DNA of 64,000 bases, taken from contig CALSNL010000001.1 of NCBI GenBank assembly GCA_943787705.1, positions 511,380 through 575,379 on the forward strand, given 5' to 3'. The position numbers and the translations under genes are program-made. Source of the DNA: an uncultured Pseudomonadales bacterium (GTDB lineage Bacteria; Pseudomonadota; Gammaproteobacteria; Pseudomonadales; UBA7434). The notes under the pieces are model-generated. The model had not been told where the DNA came from. It did not search any database and saw only the letters and a list, made by a program, of their open reading frames with translations. This document shows, piece by piece, positions 33,139-45,600 of this stretch (within the stretch, counting starts at the first letter, position 1; each line of letters opens with the position of its first letter).

Positions 33139-34503
33139 CTAAGAAAGTACAATAAATAATGCCGTATTGCCTCGCACAATACGAACTAACATTTTACCAC
33201 TGCTGCGCTCGGCCACTTTAGTCAATTGCTTAAGATTACTCACGGCCACACGATTCACAGACACTATTCTGTCACCCACTCTTAACCCTGATGCAGAAGC
33301 ATTAGAGCCACTGGCAAGCTCAGCAACAATAACACCCTTGCCATTTTCAGCATTTTTTAACTCAGCGCCATTTAAACGCGGGTGGATTTTATTAGCACGG
33401 CTTAATAGGTTTGATCGCTCACCAACCACCACCGTCATTTTGCGACTTTTACCTTCACGTAATAGCTCAAGCTTTAACGCCTCACCTATTCTTACACTGC
33501 CTACGACATTTCTTAACTGCGAAGCCGTATTGATTAATTTTTTATTAACCATAACAATAATATCTCCAGCCTCAAGGCCAGCTAAGTCAGCGGCTGAATC
33601 TTCCTGCACCTGTGTAATCAAAACACCTTTTTGCTGGGCATCTAAATCAAAGGCCTCCGCTAACGAGCTCGTCATATCTTGAATAATGACGCCTAATTGC
33701 CCACGGCGAACCTCTCCATGCTCGAGTAACTGATCGCTACTGTTTCTCGCCATATTCATAGGAATAGCTAAACCAATACCCACATTGCCGCCATTAGGCG
33801 CGATGATAGCGGTGTTAATTCCTACTAATTCACCCCGTAAATTAACCAGCGCACCACCTGAGTTACCTGGATTAATAGAAGCATCGGTTTGAATAAAATT
33901 TTCATAGCCCTCGATGCCTAGACCGGATCGACCTAGTGCACTCACTACCCCAGTCGTTACTGTATTTTCTAAGCCAAAAGGATTGCCAATCGCTATAACG
34001 AAATCACCCTGCTGCAATAGCTCTGAGTCGGCCATTTTTAACTCGGTCAAATTTTCAGCTTCAATTTTAAGTACTGCAATATCAACCTCAGGGTCACCGC
34101 CAATCAATGTTGCCTCGAAGCTGCGTTTATCATCTAAGCTCACATGAATTTCATCCGCGCCATTAATGACATGATAATTGGTAATTACTGTGCCTTTGCC
34201 TGCATCAATAATCACGCCAGAGCCTGCACTTTGTGTGCGTCTTTGCTGCGGTTGAGCATTGTTAGGGCCGCCAAAAAAGTGCCTAAAAACAGGATCATTT
34301 AACAATGGGTTATTCACCTGCTTGGTGGCAAATGTAGAAATATTAACAACCGCAGGGTTAACCTTTTTTAACAACGGAGCAAGACTTGGTAATACCTGGC
34401 CTTCACCATCAAACGCAGGCAAGACAGCAGATGCTTGATAGACAAAAAGCATATTGATAATAATGATGGCAACAAGCGACCGACCGAAGTATCGAAAACT
34501 CAT
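33139..34503 (-). CDS. degQ: DegQ/DegP (HtrA) serine protease with two PDZ domains
   Basis: GSGVII, TNYHV and QTDASINPGNSGG motifs followed by two PDZ domains. Confidence 0.9.
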   Translation of the reverse strand: MSFRYFGRSLVAIIIINMLFVYQASAVLPAFDGEGQVLPSLAPLLKKVNPAVVNISTFATKQVNNPLLNDPVFRHFFGGPNNAQPQQRRTQSAGSGVIIDAGKGTVITNYHVINGADEIHVSLDDKRSFEATLIGGDPEVDIAVLKIEAENLTELKMADSELLQQGDFVIAIGNPFGLENTVTTGVVSALGRSGLGIEGYENFIQTDASINPGNSGGALVNLRGELVGINTAIIAPNGGNVGIGLAIPMNMARNSSDQLLEHGEVRRGQLGVIIQDMTSSLAEAFDLDAQQKGVLITQVQEDSAADLAGLEAGDIIVMVNKKLINTASQLRNVVGSVRIGEALKLELLREGKSRKMTVVVGERSNLLSRANKIHPRLNGAELKNAENGKGVIVAELASGSNASASGLRVGDRIVSVNRVAVSNLKQLTKVAERSSGKMLVRIVRGNTALFIVLS

Positions 34504-34590
34504 GGTGTTAACTCCTAAAAATTCACTGTATTAATAAACAAGCGGCTGAGGTATCAAACAAAAAAGGCATTACTGATATATTATTTAAAA

Positions 34591-35856
<1,266 letters not shown>

Positions 35857-35951
35857 AAGTCTTTTTCCGGCTTTATTTATTAATAGGTTAAAAAAATCAA
35901 AAAAATTAAGGAAGCATAAACCTAAATTTTAGTTTCTCGAGAGGAATAAAA

Positions 35952-36596
35952 ATCAATAACTTCAAAAAAAGCCTCATAATTTTAACCTCTTTCTTTGCTG
36001 TCTCTTCTTGCTCGTTGCTAGGGATACAAAATGAAGAAGGCCCGAAATATACTGTTTTGGTAAAAGACGGAAATTTTGAAATACGTCAATACTCATCGTA
36101 TGTTATTGCAGAAACCACCATTAAAGGTGATTTCGATAATGCTTCGGGCGATGCCTTTAGAATTCTTGCTGGTTATATTTTTGGTAAAAACAAAGGTGCA
36201 AATAAAATAGCCATGACATCACCTGTCGAAATGGAACAGAGCGCAACAAAAATTGCTATGACTTCACCTGTTGAAATGCAGCAAGACGATAATAGATTTA
36301 CCATGCGCTTTTCAATGCCTTCACAATATAAAATAGAAGATTTACCAGAACCGTTAGATTCACGTATTACATTCGAAGTGATTGAACCAGAAGTGCGCGC
36401 CAGCAATAGATACAGCTGGCTTAGTTCCAAAAAAAGAAGCTTTAAGAAATCTCAAGAACTTAGAGCTTGGCTTAAAAGTCAGGATGACTACACAGCAAAT
36501 AAAGACTATGTCTATGCTGGCTACAATCCACCATGGACCCTGCCTTTTTTTAGACGCAATGAAGTCCATATAGCCCTGACATCAAATGCTGAATAA
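35952..36596 (+). CDS. SOUL heme-binding family protein, probable lipoprotein (ORF track starts at 36015)
   Basis: FEIRQY, AFRILAGYIFGKN, KIAMTSPV and YNPPWTLPFFRRNEV motifs. The in-frame upstream segment encodes a signal peptide with lipobox VSSC. Confidence 0.88.
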   Translation: MNNFKKSLIILTSFFAVSSCSLLGIQNEEGPKYTVLVKDGNFEIRQYSSYVIAETTIKGDFDNASGDAFRILAGYIFGKNKGANKIAMTSPVEMEQSATKIAMTSPVEMQQDDNRFTMRFSMPSQYKIEDLPEPLDSRITFEVIEPEVRASNRYSWLSSKKRSFKKSQELRAWLKSQDDYTANKDYVYAGYNPPWTLPFFRRNEVHIALTSNAE

Positions 36597-36616
36597 TTGA
36601 AGAGACGAGTAAAGCG

Positions 36617-37327
36617 ATGGCTAAGCCACTTAGATTAAGGATTCGAAAAACCTTACCGTTAATGAGTTTCACGCTGCCATTTACGCTCATTAGTATCATT
36701 ATTTTTATTAATACAGCAAAAGCTAGTGATGCTATTTCAACGTCAGACTCTTCATCACATCATTGGACACCATCAAAACAAAGAGACGGCATTAGTAGCT
36801 ATACGCGTGATGTCGCTAATTCTAAGTACAAAGCCGTAAAGGGTGTGACTACCCTGCCTGTCTCCACGGCTCGATTATTTGCTGCTATCAATGACGCCCC
36901 TGCTTGCCCTGAATGGGCAGACACCTGCAAAGAATCTTATGTTCAGCAAGCAGTATCAGCACATGAGTTTTTTATCTACACCTTAAATGATCTTCCTTGG
37001 CCGGTAAAAGATAGAGATGTGCTTGCACATGTCACATGGAGCCAAACAAGTGAGGGCGCCGTAGTCATGCACAGTCGAGCAGTCAATAATAAGGTGGCTG
37101 TAGAAAAAGGCGTTGTACGAATAGAGCTGGCAACAGCTCAATGGCGCTTTTTGCCGCTAGCTGATGGCAGCACGGAGGCTAGCTTCGAAATTCATATGGA
37201 TCCTAATGGCAGTATTCCAAGCTGGCTATTGAACAGACTCATTCTTAACTCGCCATTTAGTACGTTTGATAACCTTGCTAAGCAAGCTGCAAAAGAAAAA
37301 TACGCTGATGCAGCGCTACCCTTTTGA
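36617..37327 (+). CDS. START-domain lipid-binding protein, probably exported
   Basis: Hydrophobic N-terminus; DLPWPVKDRD and HMDPNGSIPSWLLN START motifs. Confidence 0.82.
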   Translation: MAKPLRLRIRKTLPLMSFTLPFTLISIIIFINTAKASDAISTSDSSSHHWTPSKQRDGISSYTRDVANSKYKAVKGVTTLPVSTARLFAAINDAPACPEWADTCKESYVQQAVSAHEFFIYTLNDLPWPVKDRDVLAHVTWSQTSEGAVVMHSRAVNNKVAVEKGVVRIELATAQWRFLPLADGSTEASFEIHMDPNGSIPSWLLNRLILNSPFSTFDNLAKQAAKEKYADAALPF

Positions 37328-37367
37328 ACTAGCACTTCTAGCCAGCTCTGCTAACAAGAAGTCTGAT

Positions 37368-38321
37368 CTAAGCTTCTGAACTCATATCCCACTTAGCTAA
37401 AAAGTTAGCAGCACCTTCTTTGCTCAAATAGCGCTTTAAGTATTTTGATGGTGTCTTTCGAAGATCAACTAAAATTAATCCATCTAAAGAATCGTTAAAC
37501 ACTTGATTAATTGAGAAACAAACAAACTTACCATTTAACGAGAGATAGTGACGTAATAATGTTGGCAAAGCTTTGCCAGGATCACAGCGGCCAATTAATT
37601 TATTGACCATCGAGACATGATTCAACGAGGCCAACATGGCATCGGTCCAAATCTTTCCAGAAACTTTTAATGGGACTAATGGTTTCACATCTTCCAAAAA
37701 ACGCTGCTCGGCACAAAAAGATTCCAACATGCACTCAGAGATTAATGCGCGTGCTAAATCCGAATGTTCATTTGAAATGCTCACAGCGCCGAATAAGGTA
37801 TGGTATTCAGGGTTTTTAGCGACATATAAGCCAATGCCCCGCCAGAGTAAATCTAAGGTTTGTGGTAAGCGCTGATAATCAGGATGAACAAAAGAACGAC
37901 CCATTTCTAAGCACTTACCAATTTTATTTAAATAGTGCTTATCAAAATCAAATAACGTTCGACTATACAAGCCATCAAGCCCCTGTTGCGCAACAATCTC
38001 ATCGACACGACCAATGCGATAGCCACCAACGACTCTAGATGCTTTTCTGTCCCAGATAAATAAATGCAAGTAATGCGGATCAAAACGATCAGTATCAACT
38101 CGATTACCTGTGCCTTCACCCGCCGCACTAAAAGTCACTTCACGCGCAATGCCAATAGTTTCAGCCAGACTTCCTAAGCGATTAAATGGCGCACAATAAA
38201 CCGAATACGAATCAGTCTCTATGAGCTGACAATCAACTAATTGATTTAATATCGCCTCTGAAGAACTGCATGGCGCATTAACGCTATTTAGTTCTGCGTC
38301 TTCACTAGTTACAGCAGACAT
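37368..38321 (-). CDS. GNAT N-acyltransferase (OlsB/Acetyltransf_5-like); C-terminal half of an OlsF-like protein
   Basis: REVTFSAAGEGTG..DTDRFD.HY.HLFIWD, VGGYR, LEMGRSFVHPDYQR and LLWRGIG motifs. Confidence 0.85.
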   Translation of the reverse strand: MSAVTSEDAELNSVNAPCSSSEAILNQLVDCQLIETDSYSVYCAPFNRLGSLAETIGIAREVTFSAAGEGTGNRVDTDRFDPHYLHLFIWDRKASRVVGGYRIGRVDEIVAQQGLDGLYSRTLFDFDKHYLNKIGKCLEMGRSFVHPDYQRLPQTLDLLWRGIGLYVAKNPEYHTLFGAVSISNEHSDLARALISECMLESFCAEQRFLEDVKPLVPLKVSGKIWTDAMLASLNHVSMVNKLIGRCDPGKALPTLLRHYLSLNGKFVCFSINQVFNDSLDGLILVDLRKTPSKYLKRYLSKEGAANFLAKWDMSSEA

Positions 38322-39195
38322 CAGCTACCGAATCCGTATCAGAGCTAAGAGAGATCGAAGAGCTAACAGAATTATTTAGGCCTGCTTGACGTTTAAGAAA
38401 CGCTGTTGCCATCCATAAATAATCAGTTACCGCACGATCATCATTAAAGCGTTTAACTTCCTGTGGTTTTATTACCTCACCAATAATAAGCTTAAGCTCA
38501 CTGCCTGTTTTATTGGCTAGTTCACGGGGCAATAACAGCGTACGCAGCTTAGAGTGAATCAGCGCCATCGCATAAAAGAATCGGCTATTGTAACCATCGA
38601 CATAAATCGGCAAGCACGCCGCACCAGAGCGCCTTAATAAATTACCAGCAAAACGATTCCAAGGATGATCTTCAACTTTACCCGAGCGAACATTAACAGA
38701 GGCAACCTTACCAGCAGGAAAGATCAACAAAGCCCCTCCCGCCTTTAAATGCTGACTGGCAGCGCGAATACCTTTAACATTTTCTCGGGCCGCATTTTTA
38801 GATAATACATCGACGCCAATAAAAGTGGATTGAAGCTCGGGAATACGAGTCAGTAAATTATTGGTGAGCACTTTTGTATCTGCACGTAACTCGAGTAATA
38901 ACTGGGTAATAGCAACACCTTCAAGCCCACCTAAAGGATGATTAGCAACAATCAGCAATGGTCCTTCCTTAGGCAAGCTGGGCAACACTTTTTGCGAATC
39001 AATCGCTTTTACTCGAACACCTAAATAATCTAAAACGCCAGACAAAAACTGTTGAGTCCCCAATTTTTTGGGTGCCGATTCATAACATTTAGCTAGCACC
39101 GACAAACCAAGTAGCCGCTCAAAAAAAGAGGCAAGCTTTCGGCTTCCTAAAGGCAGTTGAAATAGTTTGTTTTGGGATGAATTTGTCGCAGCCAT
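38305..39195 (-). CDS. Lysophospholipid acyltransferase (PlsC-like); N-terminal half of an OlsF-like protein
   Basis: IVANHPLGGLEG (HX4-acidic), IFPAGKV and LRTLLLPREL motifs. Confidence 0.85.
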   Translation of the reverse strand: MAATNSSQNKLFQLPLGSRKLASFFERLLGLSVLAKCYESAPKKLGTQQFLSGVLDYLGVRVKAIDSQKVLPSLPKEGPLLIVANHPLGGLEGVAITQLLLELRADTKVLTNNLLTRIPELQSTFIGVDVLSKNAARENVKGIRAASQHLKAGGALLIFPAGKVASVNVRSGKVEDHPWNRFAGNLLRRSGAACLPIYVDGYNSRFFYAMALIHSKLRTLLLPRELANKTGSELKLIIGEVIKPQEVKRFNDDRAVTDYLWMATAFLKRQAGLNNSVSSSISLSSDTDSVADVCCN

Positions 39196-39198
39196 AGT

Positions 39199-39942
39199 CT
39201 AAGCCGCAACTCTTCGCTGTAAAGCCACCGGAGCACCAACATTCACCTCACAAGGAGAGCCATCACTATAAGCGATAGAGACTTGATTTTCGCAGACCTG
39301 AACAGAGCATTGACTCACCGTTTTTGATAGCGCTCTGTGCATGCAAACTGAATTAATATGTTCAGGCTTGCCCTCTATTAAAGCCATCTCATCATTGATG
39401 TGCGAGCGATGAAAAACAGAAAGACTATTAACATCGACAGGCTTAGTCATCGACTCGAAATATTGTTGACGATTATTACATACAGCTGTTGAATCATAAG
39501 AAGATGAAGTTACTGGCACTTTAGGAATCAACTGGGTCAAACTAACGTTATCCCAACTAAACTCTTTAACCTCATGTTGAAATATAACAACCTGAAATCC
39601 GCGATAAGAAGACAAATCCATTGCTGACAGTTTCTCTTCTACCGAGGCAATAGAATGACTATCAATTAATGCCACGACTATTTCACCTCGGCTTTTAAAA
39701 ACACGATTATCAGGATCTATAGCTGCATAGTTATTCAGTAAACAAATGGTTAAGCCATATTGATTAACAGCCAGCCATGTACCACCAGCATCCGCATCTG
39801 TAGGCGCCAAGAAGTTCACACCATTTTGGGTTTGCTGCCTATGGGGAGGTAATGCACGCTTACGAGTTTTTAATTCATCACGATTAAAAAACAAAGAGTA
39901 ACCTTGGGCACCTTCATTAAACAGCCAAGTTAAAGTGCACAT
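39199..39942 (-). CDS. NRDE family (TANGO2-like) protein
   Basis: N-terminal MCTL, FFNRDE, DADAGGTWLAVN, SRGEIV and CMHR..SKTVS motifs. Confidence 0.9.
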   Translation of the reverse strand: MCTLTWLFNEGAQGYSLFFNRDELKTRKRALPPHRQQTQNGVNFLAPTDADAGGTWLAVNQYGLTICLLNNYAAIDPDNRVFKSRGEIVVALIDSHSIASVEEKLSAMDLSSYRGFQVVIFQHEVKEFSWDNVSLTQLIPKVPVTSSSYDSTAVCNNRQQYFESMTKPVDVNSLSVFHRSHINDEMALIEGKPEHINSVCMHRALSKTVSQCSVQVCENQVSIAYSDGSPCEVNVGAPVALQRRVAA

Positions 39943-40445
39943 TACAAAGCCTCCCTGTGTTTAACTGTCGACGGTGCTAATCCAACATTATCAACATCCA
40001 AGCTCACATTTTGCGCCCGTAAAATAAAAGCGACCAATGCCTCATGATGAACTAAATGGCCATGTAAAAAAGTGAGCTCTCGGCCGACAGTCGATCGCTG
40101 CGGCACAACATCTTCATTCTCAGGCATGCCAACATCTACACTGACAAGCAAGGCTTGATCATGGTTATCTATCTGCGCTATACAGGTGATAATGCTGTTG
40201 ATCTTCTCAATAGCAACAGTACGATTTAACTCAACGTCAGAAACTCTAGCCCTTGCATCATAATTAATATGACCCATTGGAAGGCCATCAATAAAGGCCT
40301 GATAATGATCCAAAACATGGCGGGTATGAGCACCAACCGATGAATTGAATAAAGGCTGTTTATCTAACAGATATTGACCGTCGGTTAAGGACTCAATAAT
40401 CGTTAAAAAACGCTTGAGCAAAAAACAATTATTTTGTTGTAACAA
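39942..40445 (-). CDS. DinB/YfiT-like four-helix-bundle protein
   Basis: SSVGAHTRHVLDHY, INYDARAR and STVGRELTFLHGHLVHH metal-binding His pattern; GLAPST tail. Confidence 0.8.
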   Translation of the reverse strand: MLQQNNCFLLKRFLTIIESLTDGQYLLDKQPLFNSSVGAHTRHVLDHYQAFIDGLPMGHINYDARARVSDVELNRTVAIEKINSIITCIAQIDNHDQALLVSVDVGMPENEDVVPQRSTVGRELTFLHGHLVHHEALVAFILRAQNVSLDVDNVGLAPSTVKHREAL

Positions 40446-40837
40446 TTTTCAGTATACCCCAATCTATTGAGCCGAGATTTAAGCTAATTGTATATGATCG
40501 GCCGATAAGAATTTTAGCCTGATCGGACCTCAAGAACAGTGAATAATTCCAATAATCAAGCATAAGCTGCTCAATGAAAAACCAGCAGCACCTAAACTGA
40601 GTGAACATGCTATAGTGCGAAAAATTTGGGCCAATATGGCTACTAACATAAGCTATTAAGCGTTCTAATTGCTTTTAAATTAATTTAACTACAATGTCTT
40701 CAAGCTCGTCGTTTGGCCCTAGGATCACTACCTAATAAGCGATAAGCCAGTTTATCTTATCAATGTAATGACTGTGCTACATACAGCAACAACAATACAG
40801 AAATATTAATACTGTATTAAAAAGAGGAGCTAATCAC

Positions 40838-41281
40838 ATGAAAAATTATATTCAATGGCCACTCATTGGCTTTATTGTGTTTGTATTTATTCAATCATTA
40901 TTTTTTAAATTTAGCGGTTCAGAAGAAACAGTCATCATTTTCACTACTATCGGTACTTGGATGCAATATATAGGCATCTCAAGCCATTATGCAAATGGTT
41001 TCGCTGCTCATGGTGGCTATTTAATAGGCATCATTGAGCTCATTGCATCAGCACTAATTCTCGTTCCCCTTACCCGCTTTCTCGGTGCCCTTTTAAGCCT
41101 TGCCGTTATTAGCGGCGCAATCTTTTTTCATCTTTTTACGCCTCTGGGTGTGAATCGTATTATTGACGCAGCCGGTAACACCGATGGCGGCGTGCTCTTC
41201 ATTATGGCTTGCGGCGTATGGCTATGCGCTGCTGCTACAGCCTTTAATAATCGCCCAAACAAAAAGAATCCAATCCATTGA
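40838..41281 (+). CDS. DoxX-like membrane protein
   Basis: FIQSLFFKFSGS.E...IF, GIIELIASALILVP and GAIFFHLFTPLG motifs; GAGGAG RBS. Confidence 0.78.
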   Translation: MKNYIQWPLIGFIVFVFIQSLFFKFSGSEETVIIFTTIGTWMQYIGISSHYANGFAAHGGYLIGIIELIASALILVPLTRFLGALLSLAVISGAIFFHLFTPLGVNRIIDAAGNTDGGVLFIMACGVWLCAAATAFNNRPNKKNPIH

Positions 41282-42557
41282 GCCAATTAACTGAAGCAAA
41301 AACCCGTTTAAAAACCGCACTAGGTTCGTTTAGAGTTAAACGCCTGCCATCCAGAAAAAGTGAAACCTTACAAGCATGGGATGCCGCTGATGAGTTATTG
41401 CTCGATCACTTAGCAGTAGAACATGCTTTAGTGTTAGAAGAGCAAGTGACTAACGAAGCTCGCCTACTTATTATTAACGATCAATTTGGCGCGCTCACCA
41501 CTACGCTTCATCGCCATTCGCCTGATAGTTGGAATGATTCCTCAATATCGCATCTTGCCGCTCATCTCAACCTAAAAGAAAACGTTATTACGAATAACGG
41601 CAGTGGCAATGACAATGACAATGACAATGACAAGCATAATGACAATGAAGCCAGCTTTAACGCAATCGCCAGCACCGATTCATTAACGGGCAGCTATGCG
41701 ATTGTACTCATTAAAATACCGAAAACACTTTCCCTGTTAGAGCAGCAGTTAAACTCGCTGCGTCATCATATTAACAGTGACACTATTGTTATTGCTGCTG
41801 GCATGACTAAATCTATACATAGCTCAACACTCGCCTTATTTGAAAAAAATCTAGGCGAAACGACCACCTCAAGAGCCACTAAAAAAGCACGACTGATATT
41901 TTGTAAAGTCGATAAGGAAATTATTAGCTCTGCAATAACGCATCATCAGAACTAACCACCACGCGCTATTTTGCTGATCCACTTGAGACTGAGCTCATTA
42001 GTTATGCCAATGGATTTTCACGTGATCGATTAGACTTAGGCGCTCGCGCAATGATGCAGGCCATGAGTGAAAACAGCCTGCCAGACGCAGAGAATATTGC
42101 GGATCTTGCCTGTGGTAATGGAGTGCTGGGACTGTATGCGCTTAACGTGCTAAGCAAAGATATTAATAAGGCCGATAAACAGCGATGTATTAGTTTTATT
42201 GATGAGTCTTATATGGCCGTTGCCGCTGCCAAAGATAACTATCAGCAAGTAATTAGCGATGCAGACAAACACAATATAGTCCCATCATTTGAAGTCCAAG
42301 ACTCTATTCAAAAACCCGACATTAACTACGATTGGATTATATGCAATCCACCCTTTCATATTGGCACCGCTATGGATACTTATATTGCGAACCGTATGTT
42401 TCAACAGAGCTTTATAGCGCTTCAACGTACCGGCCAACTATGGGTTGTTGCTAACCGGCACTTAAAATATGAAAATCAAATTAAGAAAATATTTAAGAAT
42501 GCTAAAATAGTATTATCGAATAAAAAGTTTGTTGTTATCGCAGCAACAAAAATGTAA
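41278..42557 (+). pseudogene. rlmG: 23S rRNA m2G1835 methyltransferase RlmG, split by a -1 frameshift at ~41935 (ORFs 41278..41955 and 42051..42557); possibly an assembly error
   Basis: LQAWDAADE, INDQFGAL, FSRDRLDLGAR (upstream of 42051 in the second frame), DLACGNG, DESYMAV and CNPPFH motifs. Confidence 0.88.
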
Positions 42558-42622
42558 TCCTTAATGTTGCTGTTAATGCATATCTAAACGCAGCTTTCAA
42601 TGAAACTCTCAATGAAACTCAA

Positions 42623-45600
42623 TTAGCTATCGCCTAGTTCAACTAGGCGATTGATTAATGGAAAATACAAAGCGCATTTAGTGTCAACAACCAGCTCATC
42701 ACTCAATAAATCAAACTGAGTAACAGCCTCTTTATAGTTAGCTAGCTGCGGCGAATAAACCTTCTTTTGTTGGGCAATAAAATCATCGGCACTCACTAAT
42801 TCACTGGGTGCTGATATTTTATAATCAATAATCCAACGCACATTGTTCTCATCAATAAAACTTCGATCAATCACATAATGATAAACCGGCGAGCTAACAT
42901 CGCCAGATAAACAGGACAACGGCCATTCATTCTTTGCAGAACGGTGCTCACTACTCAAAACCCACTTACCGGTAACATCTTTAAGCACAGCGCTAACAGC
43001 GCTCTCAACGACGCTTAGTGCATTATCAATAGCCTGCGAATTAACACCCAACTGCAATAATCGACAGCGCCAAATGGCTTGCTGCCCTTGAATCGAACTT
43101 ACAGATGGCAAGCCTTGTTCCGACTCAGCAAGCTGCTCAAAAATCTCATGCACACAGGTGCCAATCATTGAGGGTAATTGACTAGACTGGCCTTCTTGGC
43201 TTTGTGATTCAGAAAGATAGCTAACATCGCCATCCATTGAACTCACTTTTTCAGCATCTTGCTGAGCATCAAATAACGCAGCCGCTACGGACTTTGCACT
43301 GATACGTTTCAATAAAGGATAAGCCGCTGAATCCAGTGTAGAATCATCAAGCTCATCAATAGCATTAGGATTAGCATTAACAGCAACCAACTCTGCCTTA
43401 TCGGCAAGCGTCCCCCAAAGCCGAGAAAGTAATGCATTGGCCGTAGGGGCTTTTAACTCCCCATTATCATTTTGCGCTAAGTTAGCAAGCAAAAATAGTT
43501 TTGACTTTGCTCTTGTTGCTGCCACATAAAGTAAACGAGTAGATTCAAACAATGAAACACGTTTATTTTCATCGCGTAAAAACTGATATAAATCACTGCC
43601 CATTTTAGATGAAGTTGAAGCAGAGTAAGTATTACCCAGCATTAGACCCACAGCATCTAACGGACAAAGGACTAAACCTGTACTGCTGTCATCGAACAAG
43701 TGCTCATTCCAACTTAATAGCGGCTTATCATCACTAGGGCCTACTCTATCTAGCCCTGGAATAATCACCGTATCAAATTCTAGACCTTTAGATTTATGAA
43801 TTGTCATAATCTGTACAGCCGGAACAGCATTTTCCTCAGCTGATACCGTTAGCTCACTGCGGGTGTAAAGACGTTTTAAACTCTTCTGCAGCAAGTCCAC
43901 ACTAAAACAGCTGCCATTACTTTGGCAATCCTGCTCCAGCTTTTCAAATAAATCAAAAAAAGCGACAACCGATTCTCGATCATCTCCATCAAAACTATTA
44001 TAGGCCAGTAAAGGGCCTTGAAGTTTTAACCAGGCGGCCTCAACCCATTGTCTTAAAGTTTTTCTGCCGCGTTGTAACCAAAGCGTTGATATTGTTTTGG
44101 CTAATAAATCTAAGCGGTGTCGCCCTTCTTCACTTAGCCCGCTAATAGCCGCCTGGAATTCATTAGTTTCTTTATAGCTCAGTAAATAATGAACAACTGA
44201 ATTTAAACAAGGCTTTGATGTTTTTTCTTTATTGGCAGGATCATCGACCAATTGCTGTAAATCCAGCAAGGACAAACCGCACCAAGGAGCACGCAGTATG
44301 GCTAGCCATGCAATATCATCGGCGGGATTACACAGCGCACGAGTCAATGATACGCAATCCATTATCACTTCACGCCGCTGTAAGGGATCTAAATCAACAC
44401 CATGCCAATCAATACCGGCCTCATTTAAGGCAGGGATAATATCGTCTAAATGTGTTCTATAGCGAATTAATATAGCAATCGTATTTTGCGGAGCAATGCC
44501 TTGCTGTTGAGTAATGGCATCAACAATAGCTTGCGCTTCAGATAAACGGCCCTGCTCATCAGAACTCACTAATAAGCGACAAGCAGAATCATCTTCAGCC
44601 GGTATCTCATCTCCACCGATACTCTTAGCAATGGAGTAAGGAACTGCACCGCGAGATATATCAATGGCATTAGGAAAAGCATGAATAAAGTGACGGTTAT
44701 TCCATTCAACTATCGCCGGCGTTGAACGAAAATTTTGCACTAACTCAACAGAATGCAGAGGTAAGTCGCCAACACCCGAGGCTTTAGCTGTAAGGAATAA
44801 ACCCACTTTTGCAGCACGAAAACCATAAATAGACTGCATGCCATCACCCACAACAAAGAGTGTTCGTGGATACTCAGTACAATTTAAATTATCTTGATAC
44901 CATTCCGCCGTTAGCGCTTTGAGCAAATCAAATTGTGAAACAGCTGTATCCTGAAACTCATCGACTAAGATATGTCGAATACTTTGATCCCACTTATAAC
45001 GTACCGCACTGGATTCATCACTATCGTGCTCCGCACTGCTTAACGCGCGCAATGCAGAAGCGGTTATTTCGTTATAGTCACACTGTCCATTACGACCAAA
45101 CACCAAAGCTAAATGCGCGTAAAGATGAACAAGACAGGTGGTAAGCGGCTCGAGAATTTCCCAATGCTCGTTCTGATATCCAGTAATAGGCAGTGAAGAA
45201 ACAATTTCTAAAGCGGTCAGTAATTCTGGCTGTGTTTGTATTTCAGCGAGTAAACTTTGCATCGCTTTTTTACGCTGTTCAAAAACCGCTTGCTGCTCTT
45301 TATCTTTTGCTGCGGTCTTGGCCGGAAAACCCTGTCGCTTATCTACACGCTTACGCGGCTTTCCCTCTTTGGTACAAAGCAGTTCAACTATAGCTGACCA
45401 CTGCCCATGCTGCTCTAAGCTCGGCGCGGGCAAACCCTTAATGCCTGCGAGCTCGCCAATAGCTGAGGCCGCATTTTCTGCTGGCATAGACTGCAATTGA
45501 CTTCCCGCAAAATCAGCACAGGCACATAAATCACTTTCGATGGATAACGAAAGCATTAGCGCAGAAGCTGAAGTAAGCTCTTGCTCTATCCAACGCGTTA

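Noticed and set aside
36200..36285. Duplicated KIAMTSPVEM motif in the SOUL protein as a novelty
   Set aside because: As far as I recall, repeated KI.MT.PV segments are common in bacterial SOUL proteins.
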